A stretch of 64,000 nucleotides of DNA from positions 15,480 to 79,479 of the forward strand of contig MAAY01000082.1 in NCBI GenBank assembly GCA_002162795.1, read 5' to 3'. How positions within the stretch are numbered: position 1 is the stretch's first letter; every line of letters starts with the position of its first letter. Made by a program: the position numbers and the translations under genes. Under the pieces are notes generated by a model, which worked only from the letters and a program-made list of their open reading frames with translations, had not been told where the DNA came from and searched no databases. Positions 37,458 through 46,850 of this stretch are shown here, piece by piece. The stretch comes from Rhodobacterales bacterium 56_14_T64 (GTDB taxonomy: Bacteria > Pseudomonadota > Alphaproteobacteria > Rhodobacterales > Rhodobacteraceae).

Positions 37458-38894
37458 TTAGTTTTCCTTACCGTTAAAGGTGGTGTCCTTGTGGGCGCGT
37501 TCCCCATTGGCGTTGTCCTCAACCCAGATCCTAAACGGTGTCGCATCCTGGGTCGAGGGTGCCGAGCCTTTGGGACTGATCACATAGACCCGCTGCAGAT
37601 GCGCGGCGTTGGGCGGCACCGGAACCGTGGCATAAGGCGTCCCTTCGATCTGCAGGCGCAGCGTCGGATCGCCGCTGAGCGACAGCATGAACTGGCGCTG
37701 CTCACCGTGTTTGTTGCGCAAGCGCACGTCATAAGTGTTGCGGATCGAGCCATCCGACAGGACGACAAAGGTTGGGTTGCGCACAGGCGCCACGGTCAAC
37801 TCAATGTCGGCGCGAATGAATAGGGCGAACACCAGTCCGGCCCCCACCAGCGTCCACAGCGCGGTGTACATGATAGTACGCGGCCGCAGGATGTGCTTCC
37901 AGATATTGCGGGGCGGCTGCCCCGCCCGTTCATCGGTTTCATCGCTAACCGCCATGTAGTCGATCAGCCCACGTGGCTTGCCAATCCTGGCCATCACATC
38001 GTCGCAGGCATCGATGCACAAGGCGCAGGTGATGCATTCCATCTGCTGTCCGTCGCGGATGTCGATCCCCACCGGACAGACATTGACGCAGGCCATACAA
38101 TCAATGCAATCGCCCTGTGGTGTCTCGGCCTCGGCCTCCTTTTTGCGCAGCTTGCCGCGCGGCTCACCACGCCACTCGCGATAGCCAACAACCAGAGTAT
38201 CCTCGTCCATCATCGCCGCCTGAATCCGTGGCCATGGGCAGGCGTAGATGCAGATCTGCTCGCGGGCAAAGCCGCCAAAAAAGAACGTGGTAAGGGTAAG
38301 CACGGCCATAGTGGTATAGGCTGCCGGATGGGCAGTGCCGGTCACCAGATCGACCAGTAACGTCGGCGCATCGGCGAAGTAAAACACCCAGGCACCGCCC
38401 GTGGCCAGCCCGATCAGCAGCCAGGTGATCCATTTGGTCACGCGCAAACGTGCTTTGCGAAAATCCAGTTGTTTCTGGTGATGCAGACGCAGGCGGGCAT
38501 TCCGGTCGCCCTCGATCCAGCGTTCAACCAAAATGTATAGGTCGGTCCACACCGTCTGCGGGCAAGCATAGCCGCACCAGACCCGACCCAGCGCCGAAGT
38601 GAACAGGAACAGGCCTAAGCCCGCCATAATCAATAACCCAGCGACAAAATAGAACTCGTGTGGCCAGATTTCGATCCAGAAGAAATAGAACCGGCGACCT
38701 CCCAGATCCAGCAGCACTGCCTGATCTGGCAGGTTAGGTCCGCGATCCCAACGGATCCATGGGGTCAGATAATAGATCCCCAATGTCACCGCCAATATAA
38801 CCCATTTGAGGTTACGGAATGGTCCCGACACCCGCTTGGGGAAGACTGGTTCCCTGGCAGCAAACAGGCTGGGGGCAGGATTTGACTCGCTCAC
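37458..38894 (-). CDS. ccoG: cbb3 oxidase accessory 4Fe-4S protein CcoG/FixG
   Basis: 478 aa with TM helices plus two ferredoxin Cys clusters ('CIDCMACVNVCP', 'CITCALCIDAC'). Confidence 0.92.
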   Translation of the reverse strand: MSESNPAPSLFAAREPVFPKRVSGPFRNLKWVILAVTLGIYYLTPWIRWDRGPNLPDQAVLLDLGGRRFYFFWIEIWPHEFYFVAGLLIMAGLGLFLFTSALGRVWCGYACPQTVWTDLYILVERWIEGDRNARLRLHHQKQLDFRKARLRVTKWITWLLIGLATGGAWVFYFADAPTLLVDLVTGTAHPAAYTTMAVLTLTTFFFGGFAREQICIYACPWPRIQAAMMDEDTLVVGYREWRGEPRGKLRKKEAEAETPQGDCIDCMACVNVCPVGIDIRDGQQMECITCALCIDACDDVMARIGKPRGLIDYMAVSDETDERAGQPPRNIWKHILRPRTIMYTALWTLVGAGLVFALFIRADIELTVAPVRNPTFVVLSDGSIRNTYDVRLRNKHGEQRQFMLSLSGDPTLRLQIEGTPYATVPVPPNAAHLQRVYVISPKGSAPSTQDATPFRIWVEDNANGERAHKDTTFNGKEN

Positions 38895-38954
38895 GGACTC
38901 ACTCCGGTTGTTGGCTTAACTCCAGCCTTGTCCCAGAACCCGGCCACGTCAACT

Positions 38955-38968
38955 TTGACGTGGATCAA
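38955..38968. promoter_or_regulatory. FNR/FixK-type box upstream of ccoG
   Basis: TTGAC-GTGG-ATCAA (consensus TTGAT-N4-ATCAA, one mismatch), centred 67 nt upstream of the ccoG ATG. Confidence 0.6.
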
Positions 38969-39005
38969 ATACACATCGGATAGGCATGTTTTATTGTGGC
39001 AAACC

Positions 39006-39869
39006 TTATTGCCGCCGCAGCCATTGCACAAATTTCCGGGCCGTTGGGCGCAGCACGCCGGGCCGGGTGACGATATGATACCCGTTATTGCTTTCTTCAC
39101 TGAACAGTTCGACCAAACGCCCAGACTTCAGGTCTTCTTCAACAAAAAGCCGGACAGTCACAACAACACCCTGCCCGGATCGAACCCCGTCCAACAGTAG
39201 GTTCCCCGGCACCTGCACGCTGCTGATGTGATCCGATGCCTGGACGCCATAGGTTTCAAGCCAAGCCGTCGACTCTGTTGTTCCCAACTCCTCCAGCCAA
39301 GGGTAGTGCGCTAAATCCGCTGGAGTGACCTCTCCCGTTGCCGGTAGCAATCCAGGTGCAGCGACGATCACCATCGGCGAGGCCAGTAACAGCTCGACCT
39401 CAAGCCCCGGCCAGCTCCCCCCACCATAGCGAATGGCCAAATCTACCCCACCAGGTTTGAAGACAACCAATTCTGGCGATGGATCCAGCATCAAGTTGAT
39501 CTCAGGATGCTTGTCCCGAAAATCCGGCAACCGTGGCATCAACCACGCAGCGGCAAAAGATGAGGTACAGGAGATATGTAATGGCCGATGCGCATCTGCG
39601 GCTTTTAGCTCCTGAACTGCAGCTCCTATGGCACCGAAACCCAGATCCAAGGCTCGCGCCAACTGCCTGCCCTCTACCGTCAATGACAAAGCACGCGAAG
39701 ATCTATCCAACAGTGTGACACCAAGATGGGTCTCCAATGCCCGCAATTGCTGACTTATAGCAGCATGGCTTACATTAAGCGCCGAACCTGCAAGTGTTAC
39801 ATTTCCAGTTTGCGAGAAGGCTGCAAAAGCCCTGAGTGCTGATAGTGGCGGGAGATCCATCCAGTCCAT
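39006..39869 (-). CDS. LysR-family transcriptional regulator
   Basis: 287 aa with N-terminal wHTH 'LSALRAFAAFSQTGNVTLAGSALNVSHAAISQQLRALE' and a LysR substrate-binding domain. Confidence 0.85.
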   Translation of the reverse strand: MDWMDLPPLSALRAFAAFSQTGNVTLAGSALNVSHAAISQQLRALETHLGVTLLDRSSRALSLTVEGRQLARALDLGFGAIGAAVQELKAADAHRPLHISCTSSFAAAWLMPRLPDFRDKHPEINLMLDPSPELVVFKPGGVDLAIRYGGGSWPGLEVELLLASPMVIVAAPGLLPATGEVTPADLAHYPWLEELGTTESTAWLETYGVQASDHISSVQVPGNLLLDGVRSGQGVVVTVRLFVEEDLKSGRLVELFSEESNNGYHIVTRPGVLRPTARKFVQWLRRQ

Positions 39870-39890
39870 CTGTAAGCCTACCTTACATTT

Positions 39891-40124
39891 CTACATTCCA
39901 ATTGAGTCGCATCTTCGGCGTCCATTGGCAATAGTAATGCCAGGCTCACCTACTTTGGAGGACAATAGAATGCTGAATATCTTCGCCAACGCTATCAATA
40001 CCGCCACCCGTATGGGGCCCACCCATACGCCTGCTAATCCAACTGCAAGCAGCGCTCCCAAGAAGAACTGGTTGCCAAAAGGCCATTGGTTTTTGCAGCG
40101 GGATAAGGACTTTCGGCCAACCAA
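39891..40124 (-). CDS. possible small 2-TM protein (weak call)
   Basis: 77-aa ORF with hydrophobic stretches (FFLGALLAVGLAGVWVG, VAVLIALAKIFSILL) in a lower-GC gap. The competing plus-strand ORF 39925..40152 looks non-protein-like. No RBS verified. Confidence 0.25.
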   Translation of the reverse strand: MVGRKSLSRCKNQWPFGNQFFLGALLAVGLAGVWVGPIRVAVLIALAKIFSILLSSKVGEPGITIANGRRRCDSIGM

Positions 40125-40187
40125 CCAGCGTCGCGGTCCGAGCGAATTTTGACCACTGAACGACGGTCTGCTCTCAGACCAAAGAAA

Positions 40188-40239
40188 AAAGCGTCGGCTT
40201 TACAGGAAACGCGCGAACAAATCGAAAAGCCGACGCTTT
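40188..40239. repeat. perfect 14-bp inverted repeat with 24-nt loop
   Basis: AAAGCGTCGGCTTT (40188-40201) and AAAGCCGACGCTTT (40226-40239), with A-run and T-run flanks. Possible bidirectional terminator or protein site in the non-coding gap. Confidence 0.5.
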
Positions 40240-40442
40240 ACCCCACCTCGCTTGTAAGCAAGCGTAATGGGTATGCAGGACAATCACCGCCAACCGGGGG
40301 AACTCGTAAGCTTGGTGACTGTCGTTGCAGGTAATCAATCATGGAATCAGCCCAACTGATTTGATCCGGATCAAACTACCGGCCCTATTTGACCCTTTGC
40401 GTGCAAAAACTATCCTCATGATAGGCTGATGAGGAGGCTTGC

Positions 40443-41117
40443 ATGAGGGAGCAGGGCAAAGAGCGCAAAACCCTGACGGATGCCGAGATCGGCGCAGTGG
40501 CACATCTGTATCGCGGTGAGGTCTATCGCAGCACCATCTGGCGCACCCGACTAGACACCACGACAAACTGGGCCGTGGTGACGCTGGGCGTTGCGCTGTC
40601 GATCACTTTTTCTTCCCCCGACGCGTCTCCATTACCGTTGATTTTGGTAGGCATCCTGATCATTTTTTTCCTGCTGCTCGAAGCCCGCCGCTATCGCTAT
40701 TTCAACGTTTTTCGCGCCCGCGCCCGCTGGTTGGAGAAACACTTCTATGCGCCACTTCTGGACGACGGCGATCTGCACATGGAGGAGAACTGGCAAAAAG
40801 TGCTGGCCGAGGATTACATGCAGCCCACATACCATGTTGGCTATGTGACTTCTGTGGGGCGACGCATTCGGCGCAACTATCTGTGGATCCTGTTGATCCA
40901 ATCGCTTGCCTATACCGGCAAGCTGGTGGTGCACCCGACGCCGGTCACCTCACTTCAACAGGTTCTGGGGCGGGCAGATGTTGGGCCGCTAGCCGGTGAA
41001 GTGGTGATTGGCATCGGGTTGCTGTACGTGCTCAGCTGGAGCGGCATCGCCCTGTGGAGCGAGTGGAGCAATACCGCCCGCGCCAAGGTCCGCGGTTCAA
41101 AAACATCGATGGGGTAA
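40443..41117 (+). CDS. DUF2270-family membrane protein
   Basis: 224 aa. The 'HLYRGEVYRSTIWRTRLDTTTNWAVVTLG...LEARRYRYF' pattern is as I recall for DUF2270. GAGGAGG RBS before ATG 40443. Confidence 0.7.
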   Translation: MREQGKERKTLTDAEIGAVAHLYRGEVYRSTIWRTRLDTTTNWAVVTLGVALSITFSSPDASPLPLILVGILIIFFLLLEARRYRYFNVFRARARWLEKHFYAPLLDDGDLHMEENWQKVLAEDYMQPTYHVGYVTSVGRRIRRNYLWILLIQSLAYTGKLVVHPTPVTSLQQVLGRADVGPLAGEVVIGIGLLYVLSWSGIALWSEWSNTARAKVRGSKTSMG

Positions 41118-41122
41118 GGTGG

Positions 41123-42022
41123 TTAGACTTCTGCATGTCGGGGAACTTCCTGAACCAGGAAATCAATGAAAGCGCGCACTTTGGGCTGCATGAAACGGTG
41201 GAATGATTGCACCGCATAGATACCTTGAACCTGCTTCGGAAGGGATGGCATCACATCGACCACCTGCCCCAAAGCCCGCGCATCCTTTGACAAAAAGTCG
41301 GGAAGGTAGGCCACGCCAAGACCACCGATGGCAGCATCCAGCTGACACTGTCCGTCATTGATACACAGCCCGCCTTTGGCCCGCACCTGACGGACCTCAC
41401 CGCTTGGGGCCATCAGTTTCCACGGACAGCTGCTGGAAACTTTCGAAGCGTGGATCAGGTTGAACCTGGTCAACTGACTGATGGTTTTGGGACACCCGTG
41501 ATTGGCCAGATACTCGGGGCTGGCAAGCAGCCGCATCCGGGTTTCTGTCAGCTTGCGAGCGCGCAGGCTGCTGTCCTCCAATGGCCCAACCCAGATCGCC
41601 AGATCAAACCCTTCAGAGACCAATTCAACCCGGCGCTGACACAGCACCACATCCAGCGTTACCTGTGGGTGAAGCTTCAGAAAGTCGGCCAACAGCGGCG
41701 ACAGATGCTTGACGCCAAAATCAGTGGCGCAGGTGACCCGCAGCAACCCCGACGGCTCGGACTGCATTGCCGTCACCAGCGCATCTGCTTCGCCTGCGTC
41801 GTTCAGAACCCGGCGGGCCCGGTCATAATAGGCCAGGCCAATGTCGGTCGGCCCTACCCGGCGGGTAGTCCGGTTCAGCAGCCGTGCGCCCAATCTGGAT
41901 TCCAGACTGGAGACGTGCTTGGAAATGGCGGATTTGGACAGCCCCATCTTTTGTGCGGCATCCGTAAACCCACCTTGGTCCACGACGGCGGCAAAGGCTT
42001 CCATTTCTGTCAGTCTGTCCAT
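41123..42022 (-). CDS. LysR-family transcriptional regulator
   Basis: 299 aa with 'MEAFAAVVDQGGFTDAAQKMGLSKSAISKHVSSLE' wHTH. Confidence 0.88.
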   Translation of the reverse strand: MDRLTEMEAFAAVVDQGGFTDAAQKMGLSKSAISKHVSSLESRLGARLLNRTTRRVGPTDIGLAYYDRARRVLNDAGEADALVTAMQSEPSGLLRVTCATDFGVKHLSPLLADFLKLHPQVTLDVVLCQRRVELVSEGFDLAIWVGPLEDSSLRARKLTETRMRLLASPEYLANHGCPKTISQLTRFNLIHASKVSSSCPWKLMAPSGEVRQVRAKGGLCINDGQCQLDAAIGGLGVAYLPDFLSKDARALGQVVDVMPSLPKQVQGIYAVQSFHRFMQPKVRAFIDFLVQEVPRHAEV

Positions 42023-42168
42023 TCAGCTCTCCTGCGCTTGCAGCAGGTCATTTGTGGTTGCGGGGTGACGATTTCAATCAAATTATAAATAATATTTGAC
42101 AATTCATGAAAGTTACGAAGGGGCACATTTCGTGTATCGTCAGTGGCGATGAATCGCCGACGAAAATG

Positions 42169-42200
42169 TAAAACGCAGCCCCCTAAAGAGCTGCGTTTTG
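42169..42200 (-). terminator. intrinsic terminator of ccoNOQP
   Basis: The minus strand reads ACGCAGC-loop-GCTGCGT followed by TTTTACATTTT, 70 nt after the ccoP stop. Confidence 0.6.
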
Positions 42201-42271
42201 ATGGGAACTGGCGGAACCGGCCCCAATTTCAATATTTTTGCCAATCCTGCTGGATCGCCAATACCCCTAGA

Positions 42272-43141
42272 TCACTCGCCGCCGCCCAATTGGTGGACAT
42301 AAGCCGTCACCGCACGGATCTGCCATTCGGTCAGACGGGTGTTCCAGGCAGGCATCACCCCATAACGTGCGTTGTTCACTGTCTCTCTCAGCGTGTCGTA
42401 ATCACCACCATAGAGCCAAATTGCATCGGCCAGATTCGGCGCGCCCTGTTCGCGATCACCAGTGCCGTCTTCGGCATGGCAAGACGAACAGTTATCCTCA
42501 AACACAACCGCACCAGCGGCCACTTTGGAGGCATCCTGCGCATCACCGGACAGAGACATCACAAAGTTCACCACCTGGTCAATCTCTTCTCTCTCAAGCA
42601 GCTGATCACGGCCAAAGGCAGGCATCTCGGAATAGCGGGTGTCATCATTGTCGTCACTACGGATCCCCGTTGTGATCGTGGTATGGATGGCTTCCATGTC
42701 GCCGCCCCACAACCAACTGTCGTCCAGCAGGTTCGGATAGCCCTTGGCACCAGCGGCACCAGATCCATGACACTGTGCACACCAGGTCTTGAACACAGCG
42801 TTACCCGCTGATGCCGCATAGGTGTTCAGCTCAGCATCGCTGGTGATCGCCGTCAGCTCAACCGAGGCCAGCTTAGCGTTGATTGCCGCGTTGGCCTCTT
42901 CTGCCGCTGCAATATCCTCGGCCACATCACCACGGGTCGACCAGCCCAAAAGGCCAGTCGTCGCGCTATTGATCATCGGCCAGGCGGGATAAGCGATGGT
43001 ATAGCCAATCGCCCAGATGATGGTCGCATACAGTGTCATCAACCACCATCGCGGCATCGGATTGTCGAACTCTTCAATCCCGTCCCACTCGTGACCAGTG
43101 GTGTTTGGATCACCTTTGAACTTTTTCGATTTTTTGGTCAT
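42272..43141 (-). CDS. ccoP: cbb3-type cytochrome c oxidase subunit III (dihaem c)
   Basis: Two CxxCH motifs ('CAQCH', 'CSSCH') and the N-terminal '[17 protein letters not shown]' signature. Confidence 0.93.
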   Translation of the reverse strand: MTKKSKKFKGDPNTTGHEWDGIEEFDNPMPRWWLMTLYATIIWAIGYTIAYPAWPMINSATTGLLGWSTRGDVAEDIAAAEEANAAINAKLASVELTAITSDAELNTYAASAGNAVFKTWCAQCHGSGAAGAKGYPNLLDDSWLWGGDMEAIHTTITTGIRSDDNDDTRYSEMPAFGRDQLLEREEIDQVVNFVMSLSGDAQDASKVAAGAVVFEDNCSSCHAEDGTGDREQGAPNLADAIWLYGGDYDTLRETVNNARYGVMPAWNTRLTEWQIRAVTAYVHQLGGGE

Positions 43142-43350
43142 GTCCTCGCCTCCTTGGATGCGGCGGCTTCGTCGTCACCTGATTGGGGTAAGGGTGCGTC
43201 AACGTGGCGGAAGGGGATGTTGGCAACGTCCTCGTAGATCTTGGTGCTGCCGGGGCGAAAGGCCCAGAATATGACAACAACAAAGACAACGAACAGGAAC
43301 AGCAACATCCAGCTATCGGCGAATTCCCTCAGGAAAGAATAGATATCCAT
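43138..43350 (-). CDS. ccoQ: cbb3-type cytochrome c oxidase subunit IV
   Basis: 70 aa with a single TM helix. Position between ccoO and ccoP, with 4-nt overlap with ccoP. Confidence 0.8.
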   Translation of the reverse strand: MDIYSFLREFADSWMLLFLFVVFVVVIFWAFRPGSTKIYEDVANIPFRHVDAPLPQSGDDEAAASKEART

Positions 43351-43361
43351 CTGCCCCTCTC

Positions 43362-44090
43362 CTATCGGCTTGCGTCAGGCGTGAAGGTCGAGAAATCGAC
43401 CAGTGTGCCCAACATCTGCAAGTAAGCCACCAGCGCGTCCATTTCGGTCAGTGCATCCAGACCGTCAAAGTTGCGCACGTTCACGTTGTCACCATACCGT
43501 TCCAGCAACCCGTCATAGTCGCTGTCCGGATCCGCTTGGGCCCTAAAGTCAGCCTGAGCACTGGCAATCATCTCATCCGTATATGGAACCCCCACCATCG
43601 CGTTGGTGGCAATGAGATCAGCCACATATTTGCCGTCGATCACAGTACGCTCAAGAAAGGCGTACTTGGGCATCACCGATTCCGGCACCACCGACTGCGG
43701 ATCGCGCAGGTGATCAGCGTGCCATTCATCCGAATACCGCCCCCCCACACGGGCCACATCAGGCCCCGTTCGCTTGGATCCCCACTGGTGCGGGTGGTCA
43801 TATTTAGACTCAGCAGCCAGCGAATAGTGGCCATAACGCTCGACCTCGTCTCGCATCGGCCGGATCATTTGACTGTGACAGAGGTAACAACCCTCACGCA
43901 CATAGATATCCCGCCCGGTCAACTCCAGCGGAGTGTAGGGGCGCATGCCCTCTACATCTTCGATGGTGTTTTCCAGCCAGAACAGAGGTGCGATTTGCAC
44001 CAGGCCACCAATGGAAACAACCAGAAAGCTGCACACCAAAAGCAGGGTCGCGTTGGTCTCGAGGACCTTGTGTTTGTCGAGAAATGACAT
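43362..44090 (-). CDS. ccoO: cbb3-type cytochrome c oxidase subunit II (monohaem c)
   Basis: '[20 protein letters not shown]' haem-binding region typical of CcoO/FixO. Confidence 0.93.
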   Translation of the reverse strand: MSFLDKHKVLETNATLLLVCSFLVVSIGGLVQIAPLFWLENTIEDVEGMRPYTPLELTGRDIYVREGCYLCHSQMIRPMRDEVERYGHYSLAAESKYDHPHQWGSKRTGPDVARVGGRYSDEWHADHLRDPQSVVPESVMPKYAFLERTVIDGKYVADLIATNAMVGVPYTDEMIASAQADFRAQADPDSDYDGLLERYGDNVNVRNFDGLDALTEMDALVAYLQMLGTLVDFSTFTPDASR

Positions 44091-44104
44091 TGCTATTGTC
44101 CTCC

Positions 44105-45733
44105 TTATTCAGCTGGGACTGCGACGGTCAGGCTGGCCTCTTTGGCCGGTGCCCGACGAACGGTCATCCACAGGTTGTAGCACATGATCACGGCACCCGA
44201 GAGGAACATAAGTCCGCCCAGTCCGCGCACGATGTTCATCGGCTTTTTGGCGGCAACGGTGTCAGCAAACGAGTTCACCAGGAAACCATTGGCATCGACC
44301 TCGCGCCACATCAGGCCTTCCATGATACCGGTCACCCACATCGATGCGGCGTACAAAACGATACCAATCGTAGCGAGCCAGAAGTGCCAGGACACCAGCG
44401 ACAGCGAATAGAGCCGCTCACGCTTCCACAGCACCGGCACCAGATAGTACAGCGCCCCAAAGGTGATCATGCCGTTCCAGCCCAGTGCACCCGAGTGCAC
44501 GTGGCCAATGGTCCAGTCAGTATAATGCGACAGCGCATTCACAGCCCGGATCGACATCATCGGACCTTCAAAGGTCGACATGCCGTAAAAGCCCAGCGAG
44601 ATCACCATCATCCGGATCACCGGGTCGGTGCGCAGCTTGTCCCAGGCACCAGACAGGGTCATCAGACCATTGATCATGCCACCCCAGGACGGCATCCACA
44701 GCACAATCGAGAACACCATACCAAGCGTCGTCGCCCAGTCGGGCAGCGCGGTATAGTGCAAATGGTGTGGACCGGCCCAGATATACAGGAAGATCAGCGA
44801 CCAGAAGTGGATGATCGACAGTTTGTAGCTGAACACCGGACGCTCGGCCTGTTTGGGAATGAAATAGTACATCATGCCCAGGAAACCGGCGGTCAGGAAG
44901 AAGCCAACTGCGTTATGGCCGTACCACCACTGCACCATGGCATCCTGCACGCCCGAAAACACCTGCACCGATTTGGAGCCCCAGATCGACACCGGGACGG
45001 AGAGGTTGTTGATCACATGCAACATCGCCACGGTGATGATAAAGGCCAGGTAGAACCAGTTGGCGACATAGATGTGTGGCTCTTTGCGTTTGATCAATGT
45101 TCCCAGGAACACCGCCAGATAGGCAAGCCAGACAACGGTCAACCAGAGATCCACATGCCATTCCGGCTCGGCGTATTCCTTGGATTGGGTCGCTCCCAGC
45201 ACATAACCGGTAGCCGCCAGCACGATAAACAACTGATAGCCCCAGAATACAAACCAAGCCAGATTGCCGCCCCACAGGCGCGCAGCGCAGGTCCGTTGCA
45301 CCACATAGAATGAGGTGGCAATCAAAGCGTTGCCACCAAAGGCAAAAATCACCGCCGAGGTGTGCAATGGCCGCAACCGGCCAAAGTTGGCATAGCCTTC
45401 GGCCCATTCAAAGTTCAGCCCCGGAAAAGCCAGTTGAAAAGCGATGAAGACACCGGCCAGAAAGCCGACAACACCCCAAAAGGCGGTGGCGATCACACCA
45501 GCGCGCACAACGCTGTCAAAATATTCGTTGGACACATCAACAACCGCAACTTGCGGTTCATCTGTATTGCGGAGAACGTGGATAAACAGCCCGGCTGACA
45601 GGACCATAATTATGATCGCGTGCACCAAATAAGCTATATCCCGCGCGTAGTTTGTTGCGAGCATCGAAAATAGCACAACCAAACCAAGCACTATCAGCTT
45701 GATATAATTAGACATTACCTGTCCCTTTGCCAT
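44105..45733 (-). CDS. ccoN: cbb3-type cytochrome c oxidase subunit I
   Basis: 542 aa with 12+ TM helices and haem-copper oxidase His ligands ('HFW', 'GPHHLHY', '[11 protein letters not shown]'). An alternative start is ATG 45715 (MSNYIKLIV...). Confidence 0.95.
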   Translation of the reverse strand: MAKGQVMSNYIKLIVLGLVVLFSMLATNYARDIAYLVHAIIIMVLSAGLFIHVLRNTDEPQVAVVDVSNEYFDSVVRAGVIATAFWGVVGFLAGVFIAFQLAFPGLNFEWAEGYANFGRLRPLHTSAVIFAFGGNALIATSFYVVQRTCAARLWGGNLAWFVFWGYQLFIVLAATGYVLGATQSKEYAEPEWHVDLWLTVVWLAYLAVFLGTLIKRKEPHIYVANWFYLAFIITVAMLHVINNLSVPVSIWGSKSVQVFSGVQDAMVQWWYGHNAVGFFLTAGFLGMMYYFIPKQAERPVFSYKLSIIHFWSLIFLYIWAGPHHLHYTALPDWATTLGMVFSIVLWMPSWGGMINGLMTLSGAWDKLRTDPVIRMMVISLGFYGMSTFEGPMMSIRAVNALSHYTDWTIGHVHSGALGWNGMITFGALYYLVPVLWKRERLYSLSLVSWHFWLATIGIVLYAASMWVTGIMEGLMWREVDANGFLVNSFADTVAAKKPMNIVRGLGGLMFLSGAVIMCYNLWMTVRRAPAKEASLTVAVPAE

Positions 45734-45808
45734 GTCCCACGCGATTCTGCTGCCGCGCCAGACGGGTTTAGACTAAGCGCTTGATGCAGAATGCACGGAT
45801 CTCGTGCT

Positions 45809-45822
45809 TTGATCTGTATCAA
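45809..45822. promoter_or_regulatory. consensus FNR/FixK box shared by divergent ccoN and usp promoters
   Basis: TTGAT-CTGT-ATCAA, a perfect match to TTGAT-N4-ATCAA. Its centre is 82 nt from ccoN ATG 45733 and 98 nt from usp ATG 45913. Confidence 0.78.
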
Positions 45823-45912
45823 GACATAATACCGGGAAGTATGTGTAGCCTCGCCTCAGAAAGCAAATCATGCGACCGTATTACGGTCTCAGACTCTGCA
45901 AGTGAGGTGTAA

Positions 45913-46752
45913 ATGTCCTATAAATCTCTGCTCACCGTCCTGACTGCAACCGAAACCGCAGCACCACCGCTGACGCAAATCACCGCCCTGGCCGACCAGT
46001 TTGACGGCCATGTCGAGGCCCTTTGTCTGGGCGTCGACCGCACCCAGACCGGGTATTACTATGCCGGAGCCAATGCCCTGGTCCTGCAAGAGTCTCTATC
46101 CCGCGCCAAGGAAGAAGCCTCTGTCGTGCAGGCCCATGCCGAAGCCGAACTGGCAATATCTGGGGCAACCTGGTCGGCGGATTCCGGCATCGCACAAATT
46201 GCCGACCTGGGCCGCCATGTGGCGCAGCGCGCCCGGTTTTCAGATCTGGTGGTGCTGGGCAAACCCTATGGCCGCGACCGCAACGTCGAAGCCGAGCCGA
46301 TTGTTGAAGCAGCCCTATTTGAGGGCCACGCGCCGGTGCTGATGGTGCCGGATCAGGCAAATGTGGTGTCGCAACCAAAGACGGTGATGGTGGCCTGGAA
46401 CGAAAGCGTCGAGGCGCTGACGGCAATCCGCAAAGCCCTGCCATTCCTTATCGGTGCCGAACTGGTGCGGGTGGTGGTGATCGACCCGCCGAAACACGGC
46501 CCCGAACGCTCAGACCCCGGCGGCATGCTGAGCCAGATGCTGGCGCGGCACGGCGTCACTTGCGAGATTGATGTGCTGAGCAAGACCCTAAGCCGGGTGT
46601 CGGATATCCTCAACCGCCACGCTGTCGATACAGGATCCGACATGATCGTGATGGGCGCCTACGGCCACTCAAGGTTCCGCGAAGCAATTCTGGGTGGTGC
46701 CACCCGCAACATGCTGGAACAGGCCAAAGTGCCGGTGTTCATGGCGCACTGA
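45913..46752 (+). CDS. tandem-domain universal stress protein
   Basis: 279 aa with two Usp-like halves. The second carries the ATP-binding-type 'GAYGHSRFREAILGGATRNML'. Confidence 0.85.
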   Translation: MSYKSLLTVLTATETAAPPLTQITALADQFDGHVEALCLGVDRTQTGYYYAGANALVLQESLSRAKEEASVVQAHAEAELAISGATWSADSGIAQIADLGRHVAQRARFSDLVVLGKPYGRDRNVEAEPIVEAALFEGHAPVLMVPDQANVVSQPKTVMVAWNESVEALTAIRKALPFLIGAELVRVVVIDPPKHGPERSDPGGMLSQMLARHGVTCEIDVLSKTLSRVSDILNRHAVDTGSDMIVMGAYGHSRFREAILGGATRNMLEQAKVPVFMAH

Positions 46753-46761
46753 CCAGTGTCT

Positions 46762-46837
46762 GAAGGGTGCGTGCTTGCACGCACCCCTTTCGACGCCTGC
46801 ATACCTTGCGGACGGTGCGTGCAAGCACGCACCCTAC
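46762..46837. repeat. REP inverted doublet
   Basis: GAAGGGTGCGTGCTTGCACGCACC (46762-46785), then 28 nt, then GGTGCGTGCAAGCACGCACCCTAC (46814-46837). Between convergent usp and the SHMT-like gene. Confidence 0.88.
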
Positions 46838-46850
46838 ACTTACAGCAGAC

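Noticed and set aside
39925-40152. 75-aa plus-strand ORF divergent from the LysR gene
   Set aside because: The sequence is Pro/Thr/Asn/Ala-rich and low-complexity, with no RBS. It overlaps the somewhat more protein-like minus-strand ORF, and neither is well supported.
43988-45313. 441-aa plus-strand ORF
   Set aside because: It is antisense to ccoN and ccoO. The sequence is His/Arg/Pro/Gln-rich and non-protein-like. It is a GC-rich frame artefact.
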